Assembly (NCBI GenBank): GCA_964188305.1 | Contig: OZ076885.1 | Source: Podarcis bocagei | Taxonomy: Eukaryota | DNA: 64,000 nucleotides | Direction: 5' to 3' (one strand) | Shown: positions 1 through 12,137 of the stretch, piece after piece | Position numbering within the stretch: position 1 is the first letter of the stretch | Layout of the letters: each line of letters opens with the position of its first letter | Notes under the pieces: model-generated | Told to the model about the DNA's origin: nothing | The model's input: the letters and a program-made list of their open reading frames with translations, nothing else | Database searches by the model: none | Position numbers and translations under genes: made by a program

Positions 1-482
1 GGTGGTCACTCAAGTGAATATCCAGTGCAGAAAAAGGATCATCCTAATCAAGACAAAATATATAGTACTCAGATATTTCCTCAGTAATGGCGCACTGTTA
101 CTTTTGCAGGAGAAGTAGCTTTTGTTTTGTCATATTTTTTGTGTCCTTCCAGGAAAGGTGGAACCTTCCATATGAATCCTACTATATGAATGAAAACAAA
201 ACTTTCTAGATGTGCAATAAAATAATGTAAAATAAATTCACATGAATTTCTTTTTTTCAAAATTGTTCATAGCTTCTGAGCAAAAAGATGCTAAAACCTA
301 TCACTGTACCATCCATTCTGGAATACTTATAATGGTCTCATTTCCATGGTGTCATATCACTGTATCTTGAATATTAATTAATATCATATTAGCATTGTTC
401 AGGTGGATGCCTATATGCGGGCAGTACAACAGAATTTTGCAAGCCTCAGTTTAGAGAGTGGATTTAGTTATGGCCAACTTAC

Positions 483-563
483 CAGGAATACAACATTTGT
501 GTGTTGGTAGAGAGCCCTTGCCACACTGATCCGCTGGCGTTGACCTCCAGAAAGATTAATGCC
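483..563 (-). CDS. ABCC8: ABCC8 exon 21 (81 nt, ABC signature)
   Basis: [27 protein letters not shown]; cag/GTAAGT. Confidence 0.97.
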
Positions 564-1342
564 CTGGAATAAAAGACAAAACAATTCAGTTTGAAAAGCT
601 ATATAATCAGTTCTGAAGCATCATTGCTCAAATTTTGCTTTAATAAATCTTCATATGGGAGTGACTTTGAAAAAAGATAGAAATACCAAATGCTGTTAAA
701 CAAGGCAGCCAGTACTGTATCTTCATTCACATTCTTCAAAATATTGACCCTATTGTTAACAATTTACAAATCACTTTTAAAATACAAGTGTTTCATCAAT
801 GACTTTCACTACAGCTCCTGAAGTCAATATGAGGAACTATGTCTGCAACAGTTTAAGGAACTTGTGGCTCTCCAGATGTTGCTGAACTCCCATAATTCTG
901 GACCATTGACCATGCTGTCTGGGGTTGATGGGAGCTGGAGTCAAACACCATATCGGTCACAAGTGCCCCATCCCTAGTATGTGGTATAAAGACTTGACTA
1001 AGACACTTATAGAAGGGGTGGGAATTCTATTGCACTCCATATATTGCAGGGGCACAGCTCACATTATCCCTGATAATTGGTCATGCTAGATGGAGGATCA
1101 CAGGTTTCCCATCCCATGAGATATGGATCTGTCTCATGTGTGAAAACCCAACACTTTATCCCATTGTATTTTGACAATGTTATCTCTGAAAACATACACT
1201 GCTACAAGATGAAACCTTGTTTGTGCAGCTCATTTGCAATGCTTTATATTCTTCCTGTCTTATCCTTGGTGTTTCAAGAACACATGACAAGTTTGGGTGC
1301 TTAATTAAAAAACAAACAAACATATTGCATATGGTCACTCAC

Positions 1343-1427
1343 CCTTTCTCCAACTTGTGTTTGGTCTCCATGAGGAAGTATGTCAATATCAGGCTGAAGA
1401 GAGCAAGCATCAATTACTGCTTTGTAC
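1343..1427 (-). CDS. ABCC8: ABCC8 exon 20 (85 nt)
   Basis: [28 protein letters not shown]; cag/GTGAGT. Confidence 0.97.
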
Positions 1428-1914
1428 CTGTGGAAACAGAACTGGTAATTGTCAATTCACCTAGAGACTGCCTCACAAGCACATTTTACCTGCTTTTAAG
1501 AGCAAAATTAATCAGCTGGAGAAGTCACACGCTGGAAAATGCATGTTTGCTAAGCACTAATTGTTCTAATGGGAACTCTGTTCCAGGCAAATAAATACCA
1601 TTTTAGCTAATAATGCACTACAGGTAGTCCAAAGGTTAGAAATAAATGAAGCATTCCCTGGTTCTGTTGCTGGGATCAATCCTCTGAGGAGATGAAGGGC
1701 TTATCCACACATCCTCTTGTCCCACTGCTTTTCCCCAGGGAAAACGGCTCTTTAGCACTCAATAGGAGCAAATGGCAATTGGGTTTTCTGTGGATTATTG
1801 TTTCTTCTGATGAAGAGCTAAAGAGTGGTCTTTTCCTGGGAAAGAAGTGGGGTAAGGGGAAAACTGTGTGGACCTGTGCTTTCTAGGCAAGTGGAAGTGT
1901 GGATGAACCCTAAC

Positions 1915-2245
1915 ATACATCCACAATGCAACCCTTTCTTTCTGATTCATGTGGGTACAAATCATACTGCCAGACACAACCTTCAACATAGCAACATAGC
2001 AAGGGATTATGAGACTTTGAGTAGGAAGCTGTAGGGCCTTGGAGAACAGGTGTTTCTCTCATTACTCCTTCCTGTTGAGCACTGTGGCCCAGAAGGAAAA
2101 TACTGAAAATAAACCACTGGCTGCACAGGTGATGTAGTCAGGAAAAGTTTGGTTTCTTGGACAATGGTCTCTGCTTTCTTGAGGAAGGACTTCTGGCAAG
2201 AGATGGGTTGCACCTCACATAATGCTGGCAAAAAGTCTCCCCACA
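1915..2245 (+). mobile_element. CR1 LINE ORF1 (SGNH esterase) fragment
   Basis: PFFLIHVGTNHTAR...DYETLSRKL...NHWLHR..EKFGFLDNGLCFLEEGLLARDGLHLT, with stops and frameshifts. Confidence 0.75.
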
Positions 2246-2601
2246 CAATTGGACCATGCTATTTAGAAAGCAGCTTCGCATATTGAATCACTTTTGTGAC
2301 ACATCTGCCATGTGGAAATGTTTTTCAGTTGCTTCCTTGTGGGTGATGTAATGCTTAGATTAGTACTCAGTCAAGAAGGTGCAGTCAATACTGAACTTTT
2401 AAGGAAGGATCACTGCTCAATATGATTGAATGTTTTAAATCATTACAGTTCAAAGACCGTCACCTCTGTCATAACAATTCAACATTTTTACTATGTAACC
2501 AGGAGAGGAGTACTGTCAACAGCAATAAAAAACGTTCACTATAAGGGTGGTAAGATAGACTTACTATTATTTGCATTTACAAGGCATTTAAGTACACTAA
2601 C

Positions 2602-2700
2602 CTTTGTGTATTAAAAGGGCTTTCAAAAGTGATATTTTCTTCTACAGTAGCATTTAGCAACCATGGTTTCTGGGAAGCATATGCCACCGATTCTCTTTTC
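2602..2700 (-). CDS. ABCC8: ABCC8 exon 19 (99 nt, Q-loop)
   Basis: [32 protein letters not shown]. Confidence 0.97.
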
Positions 2701-3699
2701 CTGGAAACAAAGAAAGAAAAAACCACAGAAGGACTTTGCTTTATTTTACTGAAACAGACACGGAAATTATTCTTCATTAATGTAGCTTTCAATGTCTTAT
2801 TTTAAATATCAATTAATATTCCATCTCTATCCTTAAAAAAGGTATATTTTCACAAGAGATGTGTCCCTGGTTAAATTGTTACTGTGTTTAAGGTTACAGT
2901 CAGGTTAGTCTGTAATAGCTTTAAATTCAGATTTTTGTATTACAAAAGGCATCTTTTTTGGGGGGTAGCAAAAGCTGTTGTAAGTGGCTCTAGATTAATA
3001 TTACATTGCCCTATAAATATGAAGGATACCCTAGTCAAAAAGGTTTTACCTAACTCATCCTTGAGTTCCCATCTGTTATTGGACTACAACTCCCATCATC
3101 CCTAACTAGCAGGACCAGTGGTCAGAGAAAGGCTGACCCAACTGAAAGGACTTTATTGGACCATGGTTTTTCATCATTTTTTTCTGTTACAGAAAGAGCC
3201 TGAGTTGTTTTCAGAGAGGAAACTTGTATCCATTACCATACTATGTAAGCCGGGTGCACTTGCATTCGGCAGTGCAGTGGGCAACAGATGTTGGGGAGTG
3301 AAGATGCTCCTGAAGAGGTCTAACAAGTGGCCAGATAATATTTTAGCCACCAAAGCAGCTGAAGACTCCTGTGGTGGCAGCTGGGCCTGGAAAAGAGGCC
3401 AAAGTTTTTTGAGCTGGGTTAGGGGTTGTGGTTTTACTCCCCGTGGGGAGCCTCACTGTGGTAGAAAATGGCTCTTACTTGTGCCTGGCATAGGAATCAA
3501 CCTCTAGGGGCTGAGATCCCTCCCTCCCAATAAAATATTTGAGGGAGCCCCCATGTTGATGGGCACTGCCATTTAAATAGTGTGTGCACACTGTGTCTTG
3601 TGACAGATTATAAGGGGTGGGGCTTTCCTGCTCCACCCCAAATAATTTAGATTTGCACCCCTGGTGCATGGAAAAGAGAGCTAAAATGTGAACAGCACT

Positions 3700-4180
3700 T
3701 TTAAGGGATCCTGCGCATGCTACAACAACTTTCTGGGGCCAGTAGCTTTGCCTGGAGGCCAGAGCCTGTATTACTTGATAAGCCCAGGGGGGCATAAACC
3801 TAGCCTGATGCCATGGGTTATACCACATGTTGTACTACATGGGCTGCCAGATGCCCTGGTGATTCAGCTAGACAAGGACGACCTGGTTAGCAGCAAGGGC
3901 ATAGATCTCATTTCACAGCAACCACTGAACTTGAGGCCCTGCATGGGGGACATCCTAAAACGCACTGGCAAGGTGGGCTTGGAGCTCATAGGTGCCTGCC
4001 GTAACCAGAAGAAAGTGAACAAAGCAATGTTCCACACAGTGTCTCACCTGGGGGGCCAGGTAATTCAGCCCCCTAGCATTATGTTCAGTAATGTGGATTT
4101 CTACAGGCCTGATGGCATGCACTTATCACTGATGGACAATGAGGGTTGGCTGCTGGACATCTACTGCGGCCTATGAGATT
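3700..4180 (+). mobile_element. Degenerate SGNH-hydrolase ORF, probably from an Ngaro/DIRS tyrosine-recombinase retroelement
   Basis: PDALVIQLDKDDL (GxND block), FYRPDGMHLS (DxxH block), NEGWLLDI. Confidence 0.55.
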
Positions 4181-4499
4181 GGTTGCAGATGTGAGAGGTA
4201 TGGTGGTGAACAAGCAAGGTGGGGCTGACTCAGGTGGTGCAAAAGGCATTGGACTGGATCGTTAGTCTAGACAAAGGGGGTGGGATGGAGCCCTACCCCC
4301 TTCCTAGCTCAAAGAAACAGCATACCCCTGTAAAAGGATCCAGGAGGAAGGATTCTATCTAAATGCCCAGACGGGGGAGGGGGGTTAACAGGCTGTAGAA
4401 CTCCCCAAATGGCACCCTGGAAGGATCACCACAGCTGGATGTGGATCATAGGGTGATGCATAACCCAGGATTGACCCTGAAGGAATAATTAACTAGTAC

Positions 4500-4535
4500 C
4501 TGGTTTCAGTGTCAACAGCTGTTTCTCTTTCTGGG
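4500..4535 (-). CDS. ABCC8: ABCC8 exon 18 (36-nt microexon)
   Basis: (S)PERETAVDTET, similar to human SPERETATDLDI; cag/GTACTA. Confidence 0.92.
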
Positions 4536-4668
4536 CTGGAGGAAAAGGTACAGTATATTGTAAAATGGCAGTATTAATGCACTTTTGGAAATACTTTAGA
4601 TATGCCTGAGTTCTAAAATCAAGAGAAGTAAATAAATGACATATACATTGACAAATTATATATAGATG

Positions 4669-4820
4669 CAGTCATAGTAAAAAGAAAGTACACTCTCTTT
4701 GAATCTGTAGTTTTACATTTCAAGACATAATAACAATAATCTGTTCCTTAGCAGGTCTTAAATTTAGGTAAATACAACCTCAGGTGAACAACACCACACA
4801 ACTTATTACACCGTGTCATG
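4669..4820 (+). mobile_element. Tc1-family transposon terminal (IR/DR-type) fragment
   Basis: cagtcat..aaaaagaaagtacactctctttgaat...aggtaaatacaacctcag...ttacaccgtgtcat, recalled as a vertebrate Tc1 end. Confidence 0.5.
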
Positions 4821-5848
4821 CATATATCTATACATTTTCATTTCCTATTCTGTTATGACTGTGATTTGACTCCCCCCACTCTACTGTATCAAACATAACA
4901 CAGTCTTCCGACAATCATTTGGATAATAGTTCACTTTGTTGTACAGGTACTTTTATGTTGGTTGATAAGGGGGTGGGAAGGATCTGAATCTAATTCACAC
5001 TTTTAATACCTCTCTTCAGAAAGCAACTTGTAGAATCAAGATGTAATTGTGATAGAGGGCTTGGTACTATATATACATAGATGGTTTTCTTTCTTTCTCC
5101 CCCCCCTTCTTTCTTCCTGTCTTTTTTTTATTGTATCTTTTGTTGAAAACTTGCAAAATTTTAATATATACCGGTACGTTACATTCTGAAGCTTCAATGT
5201 TATGCACACTGCTTTGAAATTAATCTCCATGTTAAGCATGTTTCACATGTGACTTTTTGTGTTTTAGTTTATAGGTGGGGGGAAATCTGATCTAGTGTAT
5301 GATACTATGTATCAAGATATTGAAACTGTCTATTTTGCTGAGCAAAAGTATCTAGATATCATCTCATAACTAGGATAAGCTAGGGAAGAAAACTAATAGA
5401 CATGACAAAAATCCCAGGACCTGGGAAATAAGTAATTATCTATTTCCATCTCTGCAGGAGGTGGTACACGAACACTCTTCAGAAAAGCAGCATGAAGCAG
5501 ATGAGCTACGTCAAAGCAAAGTGTGTACCTTTTGGTATCTTGCCTTTTAGGCTAGAAGACTAAGGAGTGTTATAAGTAAAATAAATAAATAAGTAAAAAC
5601 TATGCCAACACATGTTCATCTGCCCAATAGATACTTTCATTCCATTTGGTTCCATAAAATGGGATGTGTAAATAAGAAAAAAAGAAATGTCAAGAGAGCA
5701 AGAAAAATTAAGTAAAAGCTGAAATGTTTAATAAAGAATCATTTCAGACAGTTAATACTGTAAAGCCAAACTGTACAGTACTTTGTTTCTTCACAACACA
5801 ATAGATTTAGCATAGCATGATGAGCAAGAATCATGTGTATTACTATAC

Positions 5849-5881
5849 CTGACATCTTCCCCTGTCTCACTGTCAGGAATG
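5849..5881 (-). CDS. ABCC8: ABCC8 exon 17 (33-nt microexon)
   Basis: (S)IPDSETGEDV, similar to human SLPDSEIGEDP; cag/GTATAG; phase 2-2. Confidence 0.9.
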
Positions 5882-7547
5882 CTGCATCATCAGTAAAAAA
5901 AAAAAGAAGAATATTGTTCATACAGGTACTTTTGAACCGTTTGCTCACAGGAGGATTAACAATGACATTCTACTTTGCATGTACACTGCAAAATATTTTT
6001 CATAGAGTTGCTTCACATTGAGGCCAACAGCATCTTACTTCAGGCACTTTACAATATTTTAGCAGCCAACCTGATGCAATATGATCAACCAGTGCAAGAC
6101 TCCAGTCACATGGGTTGATTTGCCACCATCTTTCTTGAATGTTTGGTGGTTATGAGAAGCTTATATTTAGTACTTTAAAAATGTTCATGTGAGCTGCAGT
6201 GGAATAAGACTTGCATTAAAGACTTAAAGGTGAACATGAAGGAACCCTCATGAATCCTAAAAGTTTACGTTGCTGAGTTATGCCAATTCTTGGTGGGCTT
6301 GATATATAGTGTGATAGAGCAAACTGAGAATGCAAATTCTATGCTGAAAGTAGGACTTGTCTAAAAGTTATTAGTGTGGGTTCCAACTAATGGACATCAT
6401 ATGGAGAAATTTGGTTGTTAATACCTACATTTAAGTATGCCAGAGCAACATACTGTACTGTATATCCAAATTATGGTTCCATGGTGAAGAATTGTGTAGG
6501 TACCATGTTTTTTTTAATAGGACCCTAACCACAAAGAATCCATACAGGTAAGTCATCTCCCTAGTGCCTGCTGTTACAGGATTTCTCTTTTGTAAATTTA
6601 TTTCAACCAATGTTGAGAAGCATGCTTTTCCATTTTGTAACTCCTACTCCTCAGAGAGTAATTGCTTAATAGCATTTAATAAATAGCATTTGTATATAAA
6701 TATGATCAATAATTTAGTTTTACTCCATTAGTGAGAGCAATGGTGACTGGCTGCACTTCAACCAAAGGCAGGAGCAGAACTGGATGCCTGCCTCTCAAAA
6801 GGTTGCAGCTTGCCTTTTGACCACTAGGTGGAACAACCAACCCACTCTGCTGATTTTCACTGAAAATGGGGGGAAAGCTAACAAAAAGCCATTGGGATGT
6901 ATAAATTATATAAATTACACTTGCTGATTTGGGAAGGACATACACAGGTATTCGAAAGATGCTACCATTGTATAACTTAATAATAGCCATAGCTACACAG
7001 TGGATAGGAACAAATTATAACAGTGGTATGTTTCATGCATACATGATTTTAGAGACACTGTCAAAATCTATATAATAAAATTTATATTTATTGCAAACTG
7101 TCATCAAAAGGAACGTGATAAGGATATATGATTTGGTCACTGGAATGGAGATGTAGCTAAGAAAACAAACTGCAACGTGAACTGCTGGATTCTATAGTGT
7201 GTTTTCTTTCAAAATAACTGAATGTTTTAACAAAAATACTGACAAAGAGAATATTAATTGTGAGGCAATTATTAATAGACCCACACTGATTTAATGATTT
7301 AAGATAGTGTTGATTCTGCATAGAACATACCAGCACAGGCATAGTAAATATAATTTCAAGCCAACAGTTCTGCTTTCTTTATATGTAGTTTCTGTATACG
7401 GCAATTCCCCAGGCTCTTAAAGCGGTATTCTTGTGCTTTGGCTGAAATCAGTAGGGTTTACTTACAAATATATATGTTTAGAATTGGGGGCTGCTTGCAG
7501 TTGCATATACGTGGAAGAGGTAAGTAAGGAAAGCTGATGTTCTTAAC

Positions 7548-7683
7548 CAGGCATAGGCAAACTCGGCCCTCCAGATGTTTTGGGACTACAACACCCACCA
7601 TCCCTAGCTAACAGGACCAGTGGTCAGGGATGATGGGAGTTGTAGTCCCAAAACATCTGGAGGGCTGTGTTTGCCTATGCCTG
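7548..7683. mobile_element. Palindromic hAT MITE
   Basis: TIRs caggcataggcaaac/gtttgcctatgcctg; 8-bp TSD ttcttaac; related copies near 860-975, 3070-3125, 22180-22270, 56107-56172, 62975-63100. Confidence 0.9.
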
Positions 7684-7836
7684 TTCTTAACCACAATATA
7701 AAATATACAGTATAAACATGGTTTGGTCTTCACCAAAACAGTGATTTAATTCACATGCACCAAGAACATAGCTTTGAAGTTAAGTCTGTATCCCTTGCAT
7801 AAACTACACAGTAAATTAAAGTATGAATAAAATTAC

Positions 7837-7942
7837 CTGTTCCAGATTACATTCCCAGATACCTTCTGCATCTCCCCAAGTATCCCTAGCAAGAGGGATG
7901 ACTTACCACAGCCCACCTGTCCCACAATCATTGTTAATTGAC
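7837..7942 (-). CDS. ABCC8: ABCC8 exon 16 (106 nt, Walker A)
   Basis: [35 protein letters not shown]. Confidence 0.97.
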
Positions 7943-8189
7943 CTGCAGTAACAAAAAAGAATTTTATTTGAAGTTTAAATTTACTACAGATAGTGAGCCC
8001 TGATCCAGAAACAGTTGCGCTCAATGAGTAAACATTCAATAATACATTCACACAGGTGCACTAGGTGATATTTCAAAGCTGGGTGTGGAAAGGCATATCC
8101 CTCACCCACACTGTGGAGTGCTGATACAGATATGAATGCACATTGGTATCTGATTCCTGCACAGGAGCATATTTCTGCATGCGGATTTC

Positions 8190-8632
8190 CCTTGCTGGAT
8201 CAGAGTTATTGCAAAAAAGTTTGTTATAATAAAAAGAAGAGTGGCAGATGAAACTAATAGACTATGCGGAATTGGTGACACTGATGGGAAAAACATGGAA
8301 CCAGCAGGACCAGGTTTTCCAGAAAGACTGGAGTAAATTTAGGTTATATTTGAAAGACAAATGTAAACAATTAACATTGCTAGTAGGGTTATAGGAAGCT
8401 TTGTAAGGATAAATTTATTACTTATTGTAGTTAAGTAAGGAAATATATAAGGATAAGATTTAACAGGAATAAGAAATACAGGAAAATGCAATGTATAGAG
8501 ATTAAGTTTGAAAACCATTAATCGGGGAGGAAGGAAGTCACAGGCTCATGGAGCCAAATGTTTTATTTTTGGGAAAAGGTTGTGATGATGTTATGCAAAG
8601 AAAATATATGTAAAAACCAATAAAAATTATTG
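8190..8632 (+). mobile_element. L1 LINE 3' fragment
   Basis: Translates KEEWQMKLIDYAELVTLMGKTWNQQDQVFQKDWSKFRLYL, like the squamate L1 ORF2 end; 3' UTR ends ccaataaaaattatt. Confidence 0.75.
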
Positions 8633-8661
8633 GGGGGGAAATATAATGAGTGGGTTAGTAC

Positions 8662-8737
8662 CTTGAGGGATTCGAATATCAATGCTGGACAATGTTGGAG
8701 AGCCTTCAGGTGTCCAAGTGAAAAATCCATTTGTGAC
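8662..8737 (-). CDS. ABCC8: ABCC8 exon 15 (76 nt, start of NBD1)
   Basis: VTNGFFTWTPEGSPTLSSIDIRIPQ; tag/GTACTA. Confidence 0.95.
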
Positions 8738-10468
8738 CTATGGCAACAATAGCAAAAAAGATAAACAATCCATGCCATTGCAAAATCTCACTCAGACATT
8801 TTCTTTAAAAATTATTTGTAGTTTTCCAATAAGACAGTTTAGCCCCACCCCACTTTGATCTATCTAATTTCTTGCTTACCCTTTTTTTGACCAATTTGAT
8901 TTTCTATGCTTTCATCTGAGTATTATTTTAAGAGATTCTGTGGTATGTGGACTATCTTAAAATGGGCATTCTTGTTTGGCTAGTTTGAGAATTGTTAAGT
9001 TAAGTATTTTTATTATATTAAAAATATATATTTTTGACCACTTTTCTGGGCAAATGTGCATCCAAGATGGCTAGCAATCAAAAATAGATGTAAAAAAAAC
9101 AATAACTGGAAATTTTAAACCTTAAAACTACAACTTGGTAACACCCCACATGCATTCAACCAGATCATCTCCAAGCTAATGATATCTTTTTGTTCTTTAG
9201 TGTGCAAACCACAAACCAACTGGTCTGGTATAACTCCTTCTCCTGTGCCAGGGAAACATGGTGTCCTTGTTCATCAGACCCTAATCAAACTCCAAACTTT
9301 CATAGGAGACAGAAAACTGAGATTACTTCAGTTGGTCATAGTAACTGCAACAGTTCCCAGGCAGGAGTCTCTCTGGTCTCACCATAACCAGATACTGGCA
9401 ACTCCATGGAAATAGATATACCATACTTGTATGTTGCATCAGCACAGTATTGTTTGGGCATCAAATGCAAACTGCCTTACCATTTTTTTTTTTAAATGAA
9501 AAATCTTAATTTACCTCTTGTGGCTTATACAAAGCAAACACAAAACTCCACAATTCTTCCTTTTGAGTTTTATAATTTCCTTCAGAGCTGGTCACAGAGC
9601 CTGTTTACTCAGAAGTAAGTTTCAGTGGCACTCGCTCCCTAATAAATGTGTTGAGGATGAAAGCTCTAATGTGCACATGAAGATATTTCCCATTCTTCTG
9701 AGTAAACATGCACAGGTTTAAAAAAATGCTCAACTTAATCAGAACACATAGCTTAATTAAATATAAACCACACAACTAAAATAGTCATAAACTCAATAAA
9801 CACAATAACTCAATTTCAATTTGGGTAAAGCTTTCTGAGGAGAACTGCTCTCACAATTTGCTCGGAGAAGGAATTCCTGAGCTACAGAAAAACCACTTGT
9901 GCCCTTGTCATTCATATATAATGCAAAGAAGGCATTGTTAAGGGAGCGCAATAGGACATAGGAGTGAAGGTTAGTAAGTGAGGAATCATACAGTTGGAGG
10001 AGGAGATGCTTCTAAAAAAAGTGTCTGCCTGAAAACACTACCCTCTGGACTAGAAGCCTTTCACTCTAGCTTTTGATGTGTAAAGACAATGTCAATAGAA
10101 ATGCAGACTGCGTACTAGCTCAGAGACACTATTATCCACTCTCACACAATATTTTCCAGTGTCAAGCTCTAGCATTAAAAGCAGATACTAGTTTGAGACC
10201 TGACACAAATTATGCCCAAAAACATCTTGAAAGCTGGGCTAAATTAGAACGTTTCAAGAAGATCTATTTCACAAACTGATAACCATGCTACCAAACTATT
10301 TTTATTTCTATCTTCAAGAGGCAGATAAATACCACAATCTTTCAATGAGAACTTACTCCTCGGCAGTCATGTTTTTTTGCTTTCTAAATGCAAATGTGGG
10401 TTTTCCAGGCTCTAGAACTCTGAGCTTATTAGTAACAACATTATTAGAAAGAGTGACCTTATTACCAC

Positions 10469-10579
10469 CTTTACACAATAATCATCTGCTTCTGTGGTGC
10501 TAACAGGTCTTCTTAAAGGAGAGCTGTAATTGTTCCAGTCCTCTCTGGCAGGTCTCTTACGGTTAACAACTTTGAGGGG
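10469..10579 (-). CDS. ABCC8: ABCC8 exon 14 (111 nt; 114 nt if the second donor is used), contains the RKR ER-retention motif
   Basis: PLKVVNRKRPAREDWNNYSSPLRRPVSTTEADDYCVK; 3' boundary ambiguous (AAG|GTG|GTAATA). Confidence 0.92.
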
Positions 10580-11164
10580 CTGTGCAAGATCAGGAAGACA
10601 GAAATACATGGTGAGTGGTGACAGGACTGTGAAAGAATTTTAAGCAAGAGTGGACAATGCCTTGGTTTTCTGGTGCAATCATTAATCATGACTGGGGAGG
10701 GACTGAGGGGCAAAGATACACCAAACCCCTCCTAGAAATGGTGGGTAAGAAGCAGAGGAGACAGGTTTGTGTGTCAATCAGCATTGTGCAACTGTGCAGT
10801 GACTGCCTGGCTAGCAGACCCTACAGACAGCAACCATTGCCTACACTAGGCCCTGGAAGCCAGTAACAAATTGTACATTTGCATGGGACTGGTTGGGTCG
10901 CCTTCAGCCTCTACTGCTACCTCTTAACCATTTCTGGTATGGATGGGCTTTCTCCTCCCCACTTGATTATGATAGTCAGTGCCCCCCCCACTCTATCCAC
11001 TGCTGGCCTTAAACAAAAATAGTTAGAAGCTTAGCTAGCTTTAAGATTTTGCCAACGTAGCTATTAATTAATTACAAGGGAACTGACAAAGTTATTGGGG
11101 TGGTTCACAAGGATTAAAGAACAGGAGGTAAACATTTGGCACGCAATCCAGTATTAGCACTTAC

Positions 11165-11270
11165 AACTGCCTGGTATTTGCTGTGGTTGTCCTTGCATCT
11201 TGGCTCTGCACATTTGTCATGTTCCTCCCCTATTTCTTCACTTGAGAGAAATTCACTTAACTTTTGAACG
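11165..11270 (-). CDS. ABCC8: ABCC8 exon 13 (106 nt)
   Basis: VQKLSEFLSSEEIGEEHDKCAEPRCKDNHSKYQAV; tag/GTAAGT. Confidence 0.95.
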
Positions 11271-11361
11271 CTACAAAAAGAGGGGAAAGGTAGTAAATTG
11301 AGGAATACTTCTACATTGTGCCAGTTACAGTGACAGTGTGCATTTCAGAATTCCCACGGTA

Positions 11362-11587
11362 CAGTGGAACCTTGGTTCTCGAACAGCTTAGGTGATGAAC
11401 AAATTGGCTCCCAAAATGTGAAAACGCGGAAGTGTTCCGGTTTTCGAATGCCGAATGTCCAATGTGGCTGTCAGCTATTGTTTCTGGGCCGCCTGTGCCA
11501 ATCAGAAGCCGCACCTTGGTTTTCGAATGTTCCAGGACTCGAATGGACTTCCAGGATGGATTAAGTTCAAGAACCAAGGTTCTACTG
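11362..11587. mobile_element. Tc1/mariner (Tigger-like) MITE
   Basis: TIRs cagtggaaccttggttct/agaaccaaggttctactg; TA TSD. Confidence 0.85.
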
Positions 11588-11688
11588 TATAGATATTATT
11601 CTCAGAAGAAATCCTATAACTGTGCACAAAGCTGTAATAAAACTGTAAGTACAATCAGTGGGATCAAGGTCTAATGACTTAAACTTTA

Positions 11689-11716
11689 CATCATCATCAT
11701 CATCATCATCATCATC
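11689..11716. repeat. (CAT)n microsatellite
   Basis: Seen directly. Confidence 0.95.
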
Positions 11717-11991
11717 TTGTGGTGATACTACTTTTGTCAAAGGTGTCCTCACATTGATTCTCCCCCTGCACCTCAAAGCATATAATTCTGTATAATTTAT
11801 TGCATGAGCTGGGAATGCAAGAACATAGTGGCTATAGTGGCTGCATATGGGGTGGGGAAACTTACTATGGGATGGCCTTGAAAATCAATGTGTCTAATTA
11901 GAGTGCAAAAGCATTGGATGGATACCACAAGCTCTTAAACACTGCAGTAAGAAGCTTCATATGTAAGACAGAGGCACTCCGGAAACCCTAC

Positions 11992-12137
11992 CTTACAAGA
12001 GCTTTGACTGTGGATCTAACCACACTGGAGAGCAGGAACAGTGGTGTGACAAGGATGTGAAAGAGGGAGAGTGAAGCAAAGGCCACCGAGGGAGAAAAGT
12101 CAGCATTTTCAAACAGGTGGGCATGGACCACAAATGT
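11992..12137 (-). CDS. ABCC8: ABCC8 exon 12 (146 nt)
   Basis: [48 protein letters not shown]; aag/GTAGGG. Confidence 0.96.

Noticed and set aside
7548-7683. Hairpins here and in related copies as miRNA precursors
   Set aside because: Multi-copy MITEs with TIRs and 8-bp TSDs explain the symmetry
11582-11776. Poly-Asp ORF
   Set aside because: Translation of a (CAT)n microsatellite
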